Source of the DNA: Polyangiales bacterium
Lineage (GTDB): Bacteria; Myxococcota_A; Polyangia; Polyangiales; Polyangiaceae
Direction: 5' to 3'
NCBI GenBank assembly: GCA_038230375.1
Contig: JBBRNJ010000014.1
Location: forward strand, 70,165-134,164
Length of the DNA: 64,000 bases
The notes below the pieces were generated by a model. That model did no database searches, was not told the DNA's origin, and was given only the letters and a program-made list of their open reading frames with translations. This document shows, one piece after another, positions 48,326-57,443 of the stretch. A program made the translations under genes and the position numbers. Numbering within the stretch: the first letter of the stretch is position 1; the number at the start of each line of letters is the position of its first letter.

Positions 48326-49654
48326 ATGCGAACGCTCAAGACCGCCATCTTCGTGTTTCTCGGCGCGCTCACCGCTCACTCGGTCCTCACCGCGTGCGGC
48401 GGTGACGACAAGAAGGTGAACTACCCGACGGCGACCGGCGAAGGCGGCGCGACGGGGCAGACCGTCACCGACGACAACGGCGCCAACGTCGGAATCGTCG
48501 ACAACCCCGGCGCCAAGTCGGACCTGTCCGGTGACGCGAAGGCGTCGTACGACGCAGGCTGGCAGGCATGGCTCAGAGGCGACCTTCCCACCGCGAAGGC
48601 GAGCTTCATCGCGGCCGGACAGAAGGACACCAAGTCCGCCGCGCCGCACTACTCGCTGGGCATCGTGTACGACCACCTTGGTGACGTCGCATCCGCGCAG
48701 CAGGAGTACCGCACGGCGTTCACGCTGCAGCCGGACTATGAGTTCGCGATGGGCGCCTACGCGCTCTCGCTCGCGAACTCAGGTCACACCGGTGAGGCGG
48801 ACACGTTCCTCACGGACAAGAAGGGGAAGTTCCCCAACTCCGCGCGCATCGAGACCTACCTTGCCGAGGTGAAGTCCATCGCGGGTGATCACGGCTCTGC
48901 ACAGCAGCTCGCGCAGGACGCGCTGCGCCTGGATCCGGACTTCAAGGACGCGATGGTCGCCATCGCACGCGACCACTATCGCGCGCGCAAGATGGAGCTC
49001 GCGAAGTACGCGCTGCAGGCCATCCTGGATGGCTTCGGAGACACCACGCCCGCGCGCGACAAGGACAACGCGGAGGCTCACCTCATTCGCGGCCTCATCG
49101 AGCGCGACATGCCCGGCCAGCGCTCGTTCGCCGTGAAGGACTTCGAGGCCGCGAAGGCGAAGCGCCCCGACATGGCAGAGGCGCTAATCCAGCTCGGCTC
49201 CATGAAGGTGGAAGCGGGCAACGGACAGGAGGCGCAGCCCCTTCTGGAGAGCGCCGTGAAGTACGCGCCGCAGAGCGCGCTCGCGCACCTGAACCTGGGC
49301 GACTGCTATCGGCTCCTCTCACGCCAGGCCGATGCGAAGAAGGAGTTCGATCAGGCGCTCGCGCTCGACAGCACGCTCGCCGTGGCCCACTACGACATGG
49401 GCCTCATGTACTTGTATTCTGCAAGCATCCCCGGAATGAGCGCGACGGACCAGATCAGCGCCGCGATCAAGGAGCTGCAGACCTACAAGACCATGCGCGG
49501 GCCCAAGGCTGGACCTGGCGTGCAGGACGACATCGACGATCTCATCGCGCGCGGGCAGGCCAAGCAAAACGAGCTGAAACAGGGCTCTGGCGGCGGCGCG
49601 GCAGCCCCGGTATCCAGCACGCCTCCCGCCGCAGCTGACGCAGGTAAAAAGTGA
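48326..49654 (+). CDS. TPR lipoprotein (GltE/AglT-like)
   Basis: Lipobox LTAC; tandem TPRs (AHLNLGDCY, AHYDMGLMY). Confidence 0.78.
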   Translation: MRTLKTAIFVFLGALTAHSVLTACGGDDKKVNYPTATGEGGATGQTVTDDNGANVGIVDNPGAKSDLSGDAKASYDAGWQAWLRGDLPTAKASFIAAGQKDTKSAAPHYSLGIVYDHLGDVASAQQEYRTAFTLQPDYEFAMGAYALSLANSGHTGEADTFLTDKKGKFPNSARIETYLAEVKSIAGDHGSAQQLAQDALRLDPDFKDAMVAIARDHYRARKMELAKYALQAILDGFGDTTPARDKDNAEAHLIRGLIERDMPGQRSFAVKDFEAAKAKRPDMAEALIQLGSMKVEAGNGQEAQPLLESAVKYAPQSALAHLNLGDCYRLLSRQADAKKEFDQALALDSTLAVAHYDMGLMYLYSASIPGMSATDQISAAIKELQTYKTMRGPKAGPGVQDDIDDLIARGQAKQNELKQGSGGGAAAPVSSTPPAAADAGKK

Positions 49655-49902
49655 GCTACACTATGACCATGAAGAAGATGATTCTCGCTGGTGCGTGCGC
49701 GCTTGGCCTCTTCATGGTCACAGGTGACGCGCATGCAGAGAAGGGCGTCATCACCATCAACGAGGTCACGATCGTCGGCCGCGTGCAGAAGCCGGTCGCG
49801 TCCGTCGACGTCAGCAAGATTCAGCCGAAGCTCACCCTCGCCGAGCTCCGCCAGCCGTTCATCGACCGCATCGAAGAAGCCACGAAGTCAGACCCGTTCT
49901 GA
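49651..49902 (+). CDS. Small exported protein (GltF-like)
   Basis: Signal ending AHA; TINEVTIVGRVQKP...FIDRIEE...PF; position after the GltE-like gene. Confidence 0.65.
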   Translation: MSYTMTMKKMILAGACALGLFMVTGDAHAEKGVITINEVTIVGRVQKPVASVDVSKIQPKLTLAELRQPFIDRIEEATKSDPF

Positions 49903-49937
49903 TTCGCCCGTTTCCGTTTCAGATGAGCCGGTCCTGA

Positions 49938-50624
49938 GTGTCGATCCTCTTCGCAGCGCTGGTGTCGACCATCTGCGTGCTCGCGTCGTTGCGGGCGCTT
50001 CGCAGCACGATTGGCGCCACGTCGATCAATCCGGCGCGCATCGCGCAGTCACTCCGCGTCGGTGACGACTCTCATCTCGCCACGAAGGCATCGCGTCTGC
50101 TGGCGTGGGCGCAGCGAACGCCCGTCGCCGAGATGGAGCGCGACCTGCTCGAGTCCGCACTGACTCATCGAGGGCAGGGGAGGATTGCGCTCATCAACGC
50201 GGTGCTCTCGGAGGTTGATTTTCGTGTGGCGAGCCAGGCGCGCATTCCGCGTGTGTGCGCGCGCGTCTCGTCCACGGTGGGGCTCTTGTCGGGGGCGAAC
50301 GCGCTCCGCCGTGGCCTGGTGCTGGGCAGCCTGGACCTTCCGCCCGCGGAGCTGATCATGCACGGGCCCATCGCCGACATGCTGGGCGCGGTGCTCATGG
50401 GCATCGCAGGTGCGACCTGGTGCGCTTCGATCGCAAAGGCCATGAAGAAGGTTTCGACCGATACCCTCGCAGGGGAGGACGCGCTGGTGGAGAAGCTCGA
50501 GAGGGTCGCGGAGCTGCAGACGAGCCTGCCCAGCGGGGAGGAGCGGATGGGCGAGCGGATGGGGGAGCGGATGGGGGAGCGGACGGGGGAGCGGGACGGG
50601 GGAGCCGACGAAGAAAAAGCGTGA
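49938..50624 (+). CDS. Membrane protein, possibly a degenerate TolQ/ExbB/MotA-family subunit
   Basis: One N-terminal TM, a helical loop, then two Gly-rich TMs (VSSTVGLLSG; IADMLGAVLMGIAG); start uncertain. Confidence 0.5.
   Translation: MSILFAALVSTICVLASLRALRSTIGATSINPARIAQSLRVGDDSHLATKASRLLAWAQRTPVAEMERDLLESALTHRGQGRIALINAVLSEVDFRVASQARIPRVCARVSSTVGLLSGANALRRGLVLGSLDLPPAELIMHGPIADMLGAVLMGIAGATWCASIAKAMKKVSTDTLAGEDALVEKLERVAELQTSLPSGEERMGERMGERMGERTGERDGGADEEKA
50541..50600 (+). repeat. 12-bp tandem repeat encoding ERMG/ERTG/ERDG
   Basis: gagcggatggg(c/g) three times plus two degenerate copies. Confidence 0.85.
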
Positions 50625-50671
50625 GTTTGTCTCCGGACTTACGTAAAATCGTCACGTCGTTGGTTTTTTTC

Positions 50672-50700
50672 GGAAACCCTCAGCTCTGTGGGTAGTCTAA
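50672..50700 (+). promoter_or_regulatory. Candidate ECF promoter upstream of the GltG-like gene
   Basis: GGAAAC-N17-GTCTAA; same AAC-N17-GTC spacing as the motif upstream of the sigma gene. Confidence 0.4.
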
Positions 50701-50808
50701 CCCGGTGCTGACCCGCATTTGCCTGCGCGCCTGGATCCAGGTCCATGCGCAGGCCATTCGAGACAAGAACGCCATGTTGCAGAACTCCCACGAATCAGGG
50801 GCCGCACG

Positions 50809-52233
50809 ATGAACGCTGGATCTGGACCCGGAGCAGGCCCCGCAGGACCTGGCGCAGCACCTGGTGGTCGTCCCGGACAGATGACCGCAGTCATGCGGGC
50901 GATGGCGGTCAACACGGGCCCCAAGGTCCTCCGCATCGGCCTCGTGCATCGTGGGCGCATCGTCGAGGAGCGCGTCATCAAGCAGCGCACCACGGTGACG
51001 GTCGGTCAGTCCGAGAAAGCCATGTTCGTCGTTCCCACGCCGAACATCCCGCCGCAGTTCAAGCTCTTCGAGCTGCTCGGTGATGGCTACTACCTGAACT
51101 TCCTCGACGGCATGACCGGTCGTGTGGCGCTCGCCACGGGCATCACCGACATCGGCGCGCTGCGTGGGCAAGCAAAGAAGGTCAACAACGCGTACCAGGT
51201 GAAGCTCACCGAAGAGGCGCGCGGCAAGGTCGTCATCGGCGACACCACATTCCTCTTCCAGTTCGTCGCGCCGCCGCCTATCCAGCCGCGTCCGCAGCTG
51301 CCGCTCGCCGTGAAGGGTGGGCTTGCCAGCCAGATCGACTGGTCGCTGACGATCATCGCGGCGTTCAGCTTCTTGCTGCACTTCGGCTTTGTCGGCGCCA
51401 TGTATTCGGACTGGATGGATCGGCCCGTGGGTGATGACAGCGTCGCCGGCCTCGTCGACATGATGAAGAACATTCCGGCGCCTCCCGCTCCGGAGGTTCC
51501 GCCGGAGACAACCGCCGCTCCGACCGCGACGACCGCCACCAAGGATCCGACGCCGGTGAAGTCAGGACCTTCGGGTCCCACCGCTCCGCAGAAGGCTGGT
51601 CCGGTCTCGAACGAGCGCGCAGCAGCACTCTCACAGCAGGCCGATCAGATGCAGATGGCGATGCTCGCGTCGATCGCGGGTGGCCCCTCCACGAAGGGCG
51701 CGCTCGATCGAAGCGAGATCCCCCCGGTCGACCTCAGCGGCGCGGCCGCATCGAACGCGGGCGTCACGCCTGGCGCAGGCGATCTGAAGTTCGGCACGGG
51801 CGGCGCGCCGGTGCAGGGTGGCAAGAACGGCGGCCTCGGCGCCATCGCCGGAAGCACGACGGGCAGTGGCACCGGCGGAACCGCCGGCAACGAGCGCAAG
51901 GTCGCGGGTCCCACCGGTGATGCGCAGGTTGGCGGAACGTCCGCCTCCGTCGCCATTTCGGACGCAGACCGCGTCATCGCGAGTCTCCGTCCCAAGTTCA
52001 AGGCCTGCTACCAGACAGGCTTGAACTCCGATCCCTCGCTGTCGGGCAAGGTGGTCATCACCGCGAAGATCGCCCCCACGGGCGAAGTGGACTCGGCAAG
52101 CCCCACCGAGAACACCCTGAACCCATCCGTCGGTGCCTGCATCGCTCGCGCGGTCCGAAACGCTCAGTTCGCGGCGCCCGGGGGGACTGGCTCCACCCTC
52201 CGCATCCCGGTGACGTTCGTTCAGCAGAAATGA
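50809..52233 (+). CDS. TonB/TolA-like energy transducer with AgmX/PglI-type C-terminal domain (GltG-like)
   Basis: FHA-like N-terminal beta domain, TM with SxxxH (FSFLLH), Pro/Gly spacer, C-terminal ACYQTGL..DPSLSGKV...GACI...F..P..F. Confidence 0.85.
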   Translation: MNAGSGPGAGPAGPGAAPGGRPGQMTAVMRAMAVNTGPKVLRIGLVHRGRIVEERVIKQRTTVTVGQSEKAMFVVPTPNIPPQFKLFELLGDGYYLNFLDGMTGRVALATGITDIGALRGQAKKVNNAYQVKLTEEARGKVVIGDTTFLFQFVAPPPIQPRPQLPLAVKGGLASQIDWSLTIIAAFSFLLHFGFVGAMYSDWMDRPVGDDSVAGLVDMMKNIPAPPAPEVPPETTAAPTATTATKDPTPVKSGPSGPTAPQKAGPVSNERAAALSQQADQMQMAMLASIAGGPSTKGALDRSEIPPVDLSGAAASNAGVTPGAGDLKFGTGGAPVQGGKNGGLGAIAGSTTGSGTGGTAGNERKVAGPTGDAQVGGTSASVAISDADRVIASLRPKFKACYQTGLNSDPSLSGKVVITAKIAPTGEVDSASPTENTLNPSVGACIARAVRNAQFAAPGGTGSTLRIPVTFVQQK

Positions 52234-52303
52234 TGAGGTCCAGCTGAGGTGCAGCGTGGTCTGGGCTGAACAAAAAACACTTCCGGCTTGAATGAGAAAC
52301 TCG

Positions 52304-52341
52304 GCGGCGCATCTGAATCTACGGATGCGCCGCTCCGTTTT
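52304..52341 (+). terminator. Probable intrinsic terminator
   Basis: Stem GCGGCGCATC/GATGCGCCGC followed by TCCGTTTT. Confidence 0.55.
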
Positions 52342-52369
52342 GTGTTGCGGGATAGCTGAACAAGTATCG

Positions 52370-52398
52370 TTGACCTTGAAGTTGATGCCGTTTACAGT
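52370..52398 (+). promoter_or_regulatory. Sigma70-like promoter
   Basis: TTGACC-N17-TACAGT, upstream of AGGAG and ATG 52426. Confidence 0.6.
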
Positions 52399-52425
52399 GA
52401 GCCCATGCGGGTAGGAGTCTCCACG

Positions 52426-53031
52426 ATGCGTAAGACCTTGAAGTGGGTAGCTGGCGCTGTCGTGCTGGGGATGTTGGCGTCGCCCGCCGGCGCGCAGACC
52501 GGCCCCGGAACAGCTCCCGCAGCGGCTGCAGGCGGCGGAGCGGACGCGCAGGTTGGTTTTCAAAGGAAAACCCAGCTCTCTCCGCAGGAGTCGCTCATCG
52601 AAGCGGACAAGCACCTTGGTCGCATGGACCAGGCCGCGCGCGCGGTGCGCAAGCAGCTCGAGACCGCACGTCAGCAGCGCGACGTCGTGAAGGCGCTCTG
52701 CCTCGACGACAAGCTCTCGCAGATCGACGTCGCGGGTCGCTCGGCGAAGGAGCGCAAAGCGTCGCTCGCAGCAGCGGTTACGCGCAACGACGCAGAGCTC
52801 TCGAACCACGAGTACACGATCCTCACGGTGCTCCGTCAGCGTACGGAGCAGCTCACCGCAGAGGCGAATCAGTGCATCGGCGAAGAAGCTGCGTACCTTG
52901 GCGAGACCAAGGTGACGACCCAGATTGATCCGTCGATCGCGCCGGAGCAGGCGCCCTATCCGCCCGGTGCGCCTGGGCCCGATTTCGGCCAGATCAGCAA
53001 TCCTCCTGTTTGCACGAGCTGCACTCTGTAG
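52426..53031 (+). CDS. Exported helical protein with Cys residues
   Basis: Signal peptide ending AGA; helical bundle with KALCLDDKL and EANQCIGE; C-terminal CTSC. Confidence 0.75.
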   Translation: MRKTLKWVAGAVVLGMLASPAGAQTGPGTAPAAAAGGGADAQVGFQRKTQLSPQESLIEADKHLGRMDQAARAVRKQLETARQQRDVVKALCLDDKLSQIDVAGRSAKERKASLAAAVTRNDAELSNHEYTILTVLRQRTEQLTAEANQCIGEEAAYLGETKVTTQIDPSIAPEQAPYPPGAPGPDFGQISNPPVCTSCTL

Positions 53032-53210
53032 TAACGGTGGACGCGGGAAACTGTCTCCTGTGAAGAAGCCTTTCGCAGGACCCAGTTTTCCAGATTGCAG
53101 TTGCCGGACCTGCGCACTAAGGCGCGGCACGCGAACGGGGAGTTCTGTTGTTCAAGAACGCGCTCGGTCGCTCCGGAGGGGACTACAGCTCACGTGCGGC
53201 TTGAATTGAC

Positions 53211-54752
53211 ATGAACCAGCGAGACGGAAGCTTGAAGTATTCGCGGACGGGAAGCGGCGCCACAACGCCGCGCGAGCGTACTGCCAGCAAGGCCCTCCTT
53301 CGGCGCAGACCCGAACTGGCGATCCGACTCACGCTGCCCCTGGCCGTGATTGGTTCTGTCGTCGCCGTCCTCACGGTTGGCAGTGGCGATGCCACCGCGC
53401 AGGAGTGGACCAAGGATCGTCGGCTTGGCGACGGCAAAGGCTATCGTACCGGTGACGTCGAGCTGCATCCCGGCATCGGCGCCGAGGTCGGCTACGACTC
53501 CAACTACTTCCTCCGTGCCGACGGCACGGATGTTCGCAACGTCAACTCGGCGCCCGCCGCGCCTGTGCGGGACGCGGGCGTCATTCGCGTCACCCCATCG
53601 TTCACGTTCAACACTGTGGGCCCGCAACAGGGGCCCGACGGCAGCGCGGTGGAGCAGCCGAAGTTTGCCTTCCGCGGCGCCCTCGCAGGTTCGTACTACG
53701 AGTTCATCGGCGTCAAAGAGGTCTCCGACCAGCGCAACTTCGCCGCAAACGCCAACACACGGTTCGACATCCTCCCCGGCAGGCCGGTGGGAGCAGGTGT
53801 CTTCGCGGGCTACTCGCGCGTGTTGAAGCCCGGGGTCGACGGCATCCCCGACAATTCGTTCAACCGCAACATCGTCAATGTCGGCGCCGAGGTCATCGTG
53901 ATGCCCGGCGCTGGGACGTTGGACATCCGCGCAGGCTACGAGTTCACCGGCGAGTTCTTCGAGAAATCGAACGGCGTGCCGTTCACCAACTTCAAGCACG
54001 ACATCACCATCCGCGATCGCTGGCGCTTCCGTCCGCGCACGGCGCTCTTCCACGATACGTCGCTCGCGTTCGTCACCTATCCGAACAAGAGTCGCTCCGC
54101 CAACCTGCTCCAGGACTCGACGCCCCTCACGACCCGCTTCGGCCTCACGGGCCTCCTCACGCCGCGCTTCTCGGTGCTGGCTGCGGTCGGCTACGGAACG
54201 ACGCTCTCGCTCGACGCCGCCAGCCCGACCACGCAGCAGTATGACAGCGTGATCGGTACGGCTGAGGCGACCTTCTACCTGTCGTCGACGCCCAACGATC
54301 TCGAGCCTGGCAGCGTCTCGCTGTCGGTGTCGACGCTGTCCTTCGGGTACACACGTGACTTCCAGAAGAGCTTCATCGGTGGCGGCTACTACGGCAGCGA
54401 CCGCGGCTACACGCGCCTCGCCTACTTCTTTGGCAACAAGGCTCTCGTCTCGCTTGCCGGCAACATCGGTGCGATCGAGTACAACGACTTCTACGAGAAC
54501 ACAGGCGCCGGGCCCGTGAAGATCAGCTCCGGATTCACGGATATCCGCGTGGGGTCAACCCTCTTCGGCGAGTATCGCATCCTGGAGTCTCTGGGAATCA
54601 ACACCACGCTCGACTACTCCCAGAACTTCAGCAACAAGGTGCTGGACTTCAATGGTGGCGCAGCTCCCGCGCCGGGTGCGACGACTGCCAGCCGTTACGA
54701 TATGTCGTGGAAGCGCTTCCAAGCCTTCATCGGCGTTCGCTACTTCCTCTGA
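53211..54752 (+). CDS. Outer-membrane beta-barrel (candidate polysaccharide porin, Wzp/EpsX-like)
   Basis: Signal peptide, EVGYDSN motif, alternating amphipathic strands rich in Y/F/G, C-terminal FIGVRYFL; adjacent to an OPX gene. Confidence 0.72.
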   Translation: MNQRDGSLKYSRTGSGATTPRERTASKALLRRRPELAIRLTLPLAVIGSVVAVLTVGSGDATAQEWTKDRRLGDGKGYRTGDVELHPGIGAEVGYDSNYFLRADGTDVRNVNSAPAAPVRDAGVIRVTPSFTFNTVGPQQGPDGSAVEQPKFAFRGALAGSYYEFIGVKEVSDQRNFAANANTRFDILPGRPVGAGVFAGYSRVLKPGVDGIPDNSFNRNIVNVGAEVIVMPGAGTLDIRAGYEFTGEFFEKSNGVPFTNFKHDITIRDRWRFRPRTALFHDTSLAFVTYPNKSRSANLLQDSTPLTTRFGLTGLLTPRFSVLAAVGYGTTLSLDAASPTTQQYDSVIGTAEATFYLSSTPNDLEPGSVSLSVSTLSFGYTRDFQKSFIGGGYYGSDRGYTRLAYFFGNKALVSLAGNIGAIEYNDFYENTGAGPVKISSGFTDIRVGSTLFGEYRILESLGINTTLDYSQNFSNKVLDFNGGAAPAPGATTASRYDMSWKRFQAFIGVRYFL

Positions 54753-54834
54753 CCGTTTGCCGTTTTCGTGCGAAGCGGTAAATGAACGGGCGTGGTCCGG
54801 CACCTCAGTCCAGGGTAGCGCGGCGGAGAACTCG

Positions 54835-55446
54835 ATGTTGTGGCTGTGGCGTTGGTCATTGATTGTTCTGATGGTGACGCTGGCGTCCATGGGTGGCGGC
54901 TGCGTGAGCTCGCGTCCGCCCGCGCCGCGCAATCTCCCCACGCCCACCCCAAGCACGACGGTGGGTCCGGGCGATCTGTTCACCATCATCGTGGTCGGTG
55001 AGAAGGATCTCCCCACCGACTATCGCGTGCAGCCCGACGGCAGCATCAACTTCCCATACGTCGACAAGATCGTGGTCGCCGGCCTCGAGCCGCAGGAGAT
55101 CGTCCTCACGCTTCGCAACAAGCTGAAGGAAGCGAAGATCCTCCAGGACCCGCAAATCTCGATCATCGTCAAGGCGTACAACTCGAAGAAGATCAACATC
55201 ATCGGCCAGGTGTCGCGGCCGGGAAACCTCGCCTTCGTCGAGGGCATGAAGCTGGTCGAGGCGCTGTCGCTCGCGGGCTGGTTCACGCCCATGGCGGACT
55301 CCAACCACATACTGCTCACGCGCGCTGTCACGCCGACCAAGACGGTGACAGCGGTCGTCAGCGTGGATGCGATCACGGACGGCGCGCAGGCGGACATTCC
55401 GCTTCAGGCCGGTGATACGATCAAGGTGCAGCAGCGCCTCTTCTGA
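54835..55446 (+). CDS. Short polysaccharide export (OPX/Wza-like) lipoprotein
   Basis: Lipoprotein-type signal (GGGC); VGPGD...VQPDGSINFPY...VAGL export domain; one SLBB domain (GQVSRPG...LQAGDTIKV); no C-terminal helical barrel. Confidence 0.88.
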   Translation: MLWLWRWSLIVLMVTLASMGGGCVSSRPPAPRNLPTPTPSTTVGPGDLFTIIVVGEKDLPTDYRVQPDGSINFPYVDKIVVAGLEPQEIVLTLRNKLKEAKILQDPQISIIVKAYNSKKINIIGQVSRPGNLAFVEGMKLVEALSLAGWFTPMADSNHILLTRAVTPTKTVTAVVSVDAITDGAQADIPLQAGDTIKVQQRLF

Positions 55447-55479
55447 GAGTCGGGCAACACCCGGAAGCTGCGTTGCGAG

Positions 55480-56499
55480 GTGACTCCCTCGATGCGCGTC
55501 CTCTTTCTCCTCACCGGCGGCACCATCATGATGACCGCGCCGGCCTCCGGGCGAGGCCACGCGCTGCCATCAGACTCCGCGCTCGCGGCGCGCAACCTTG
55601 CGCAAGAGGTGCCGTCGCTCGCGCGCGTTGCCGACATCGAGACACGCTTCGTGTGCAACATGGACTCGGCGGACATGCAGCCGTCGGACTGGACGGTGCT
55701 CGCCAGCGCCGTGCACGCCGCGCTCACCACGGGAGACTACGCGGGCGTGGTGGTGGTTCACGGCACGGACACCATGGCATACAGCGCGAGCGCGCTGGGC
55801 CTCATGCTCGGGGCCTTGCCGGCGCCCGTGGTGCTCACCGGCGCGCAGAGGCCGCTCGCGGAGGCGCGGACGGATGCGCGTCAGAACCTCATCGACGCCG
55901 CGCTCACGGCCACGCTCGACGTGCCGGAGGTGACCATCGCGTTCGGCTCACGCGTCTTCCGCGGCGTGCGCGCCACCAAGAGCGATGCTCGCGCGCTGGA
56001 TGCGTTCGCGTCACCGAACTGCGCGCCGCTCGTGGACCTTGGCGTGGGCGTGGAGCGCGCGACGCACGTGCGTCCGCGTGGCGAGCTGCTCCCGCTCGAC
56101 GTGCGCCTGGACGCGCGCGTGCTTGCCGTGCGCGTGTTTCCCGGGCTCGATCCCTCGCTCGTGCGCGGCGCGTTGGCCACGGGCGTGCGTGGTCTGGTGC
56201 TCGAGGCGTACGGCTCGGGCACGTTGCCGCACCTCGCGGGCTCGCTCATGCCTGCCATCGCGGAGGCGCGCGAACGCAAGGTCCCGGTGCTGGTGGTGTC
56301 GCAGTCGTTGCGCGGCAAGGTCGACCTGGGCGGTTACGAAGGCGGGAGGCGCGCGCAAGAAGAGGGCGCGATCTCCGGGAGCGACATGACCGTAGAAGCC
56401 GCGGTCGCCAAGATGATGATCGGCCTGGGTCGCTACGGCGCTGGCGAGGAGCTCTCCGCGTTCCTCACGCAGGACATCGCCGGCGAAAGGACGGCGTGA
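55480..56499 (+). CDS. ansA: Asparaginase (type I-like)
   Basis: LTGGTI, HGTDTMAY, VVLTGAQ, AFASPN and DMTVEAAVAK. Confidence 0.88.
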   Translation: MTPSMRVLFLLTGGTIMMTAPASGRGHALPSDSALAARNLAQEVPSLARVADIETRFVCNMDSADMQPSDWTVLASAVHAALTTGDYAGVVVVHGTDTMAYSASALGLMLGALPAPVVLTGAQRPLAEARTDARQNLIDAALTATLDVPEVTIAFGSRVFRGVRATKSDARALDAFASPNCAPLVDLGVGVERATHVRPRGELLPLDVRLDARVLAVRVFPGLDPSLVRGALATGVRGLVLEAYGSGTLPHLAGSLMPAIAEARERKVPVLVVSQSLRGKVDLGGYEGGRRAQEEGAISGSDMTVEAAVAKMMIGLGRYGAGEELSAFLTQDIAGERTA

Positions 56500-56515
56500 T
56501 GCCGACACCCCCAGG

Positions 56516-57418
56516 ATGAGCCGAGAACCGCGCGCGATCGTGGACTCGATCACGGACCTCATCGGCGACACTCCGCTCGTCCGCCTGAGCCGGCTTGCCG
56601 CGCGCGGCAACGTGCTGCTGAAGCTGGAGCTCAAGAACCCGAGCGGGAGCGTGAAAGATCGCGCGGCGCTCGCGATGATCACCGCCGCAGAGCGCACCGG
56701 CAAGCTTCGGCGCGGCGGCCACATCGTGGAGGCAACGAGCGGCAACACGGGCATCGCGCTCGCCATGATCGCCGCGGTGCGTGGCTACATCTGCACCATC
56801 GTCATGCCCGACGACGCAAGCATCGAGCGGCGAAAGCTGCTTCTTTCGTACGGTGCAGAGGTCGTGCTCACCGACAGAGAGCTGGGCATGCAAGGCGCCG
56901 TCACCCGCGCGCGAGAACTCACCAAGGAGCGCAGCGCGTTCTCGCCCACGCAGTTCCAGAACTGCGCGAACCCGGCGGCGCACGAGACCAGCACCGCGGA
57001 GGAGATCCTCGCGTCCGTCCCGGAGATCGCAGCGTTCGTATGCGGTGTAGGCACGGGCGGCACCATCACTGGCGTGGGCCGCGTCCTGCGTCGCGCGCGG
57101 CCCGGGGTTCGCGTTGTCGCAGTGGAGCCGGAGGGCTGCGCGGTATTGAGCGGCGATCAGCCGGGCCCGCACCGCGTGTTCGGTCTGGGCGCTGGTTTCG
57201 TGCCGGAGGTCCTGGACCTGCGCATCGTGTCCGACATCGTGAAGGTGAAGGAGCGGGATGCGTACGGCACCGCGGAGCGCCTTGCGCGCACGGAGGGCAT
57301 CTTTGCGGGCCCGTCCACTGGCGCGAACGTGTTCGTCGCGCTGAGCGTCGCGGAGGAAGTGGCGGGGCCCGTTGTCACCATCGCCTGTGACCTGGGCGAT
57401 CGGTACCTGGCTGACTGA
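56516..57418 (+). CDS. cysK: Cysteine synthase
   Basis: IGDTPLV, NPSGSVKDR (PLP Lys), EATSGNTG and GVGTGGT. Confidence 0.88.
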   Translation: MSREPRAIVDSITDLIGDTPLVRLSRLAARGNVLLKLELKNPSGSVKDRAALAMITAAERTGKLRRGGHIVEATSGNTGIALAMIAAVRGYICTIVMPDDASIERRKLLLSYGAEVVLTDRELGMQGAVTRARELTKERSAFSPTQFQNCANPAAHETSTAEEILASVPEIAAFVCGVGTGGTITGVGRVLRRARPGVRVVAVEPEGCAVLSGDQPGPHRVFGLGAGFVPEVLDLRIVSDIVKVKERDAYGTAERLARTEGIFAGPSTGANVFVALSVAEEVAGPVVTIACDLGDRYLAD

Positions 57419-57443
57419 GTCCGCTGACTGAGTCCTTTCGGAG

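Noticed and set aside
41499..52233. Assigning gene symbols gltC-gltG
   Set aside because: Myxobacteria carry several paralogous Glt/Nfs-like clusters; orthology cannot be set without phylogeny.
57410..57435. 13-bp direct repeat GCTGACTGAGTCC at the cysK stop, as a target-site duplication
   Set aside because: The copies are adjacent with no element between them; most simply a local duplication.
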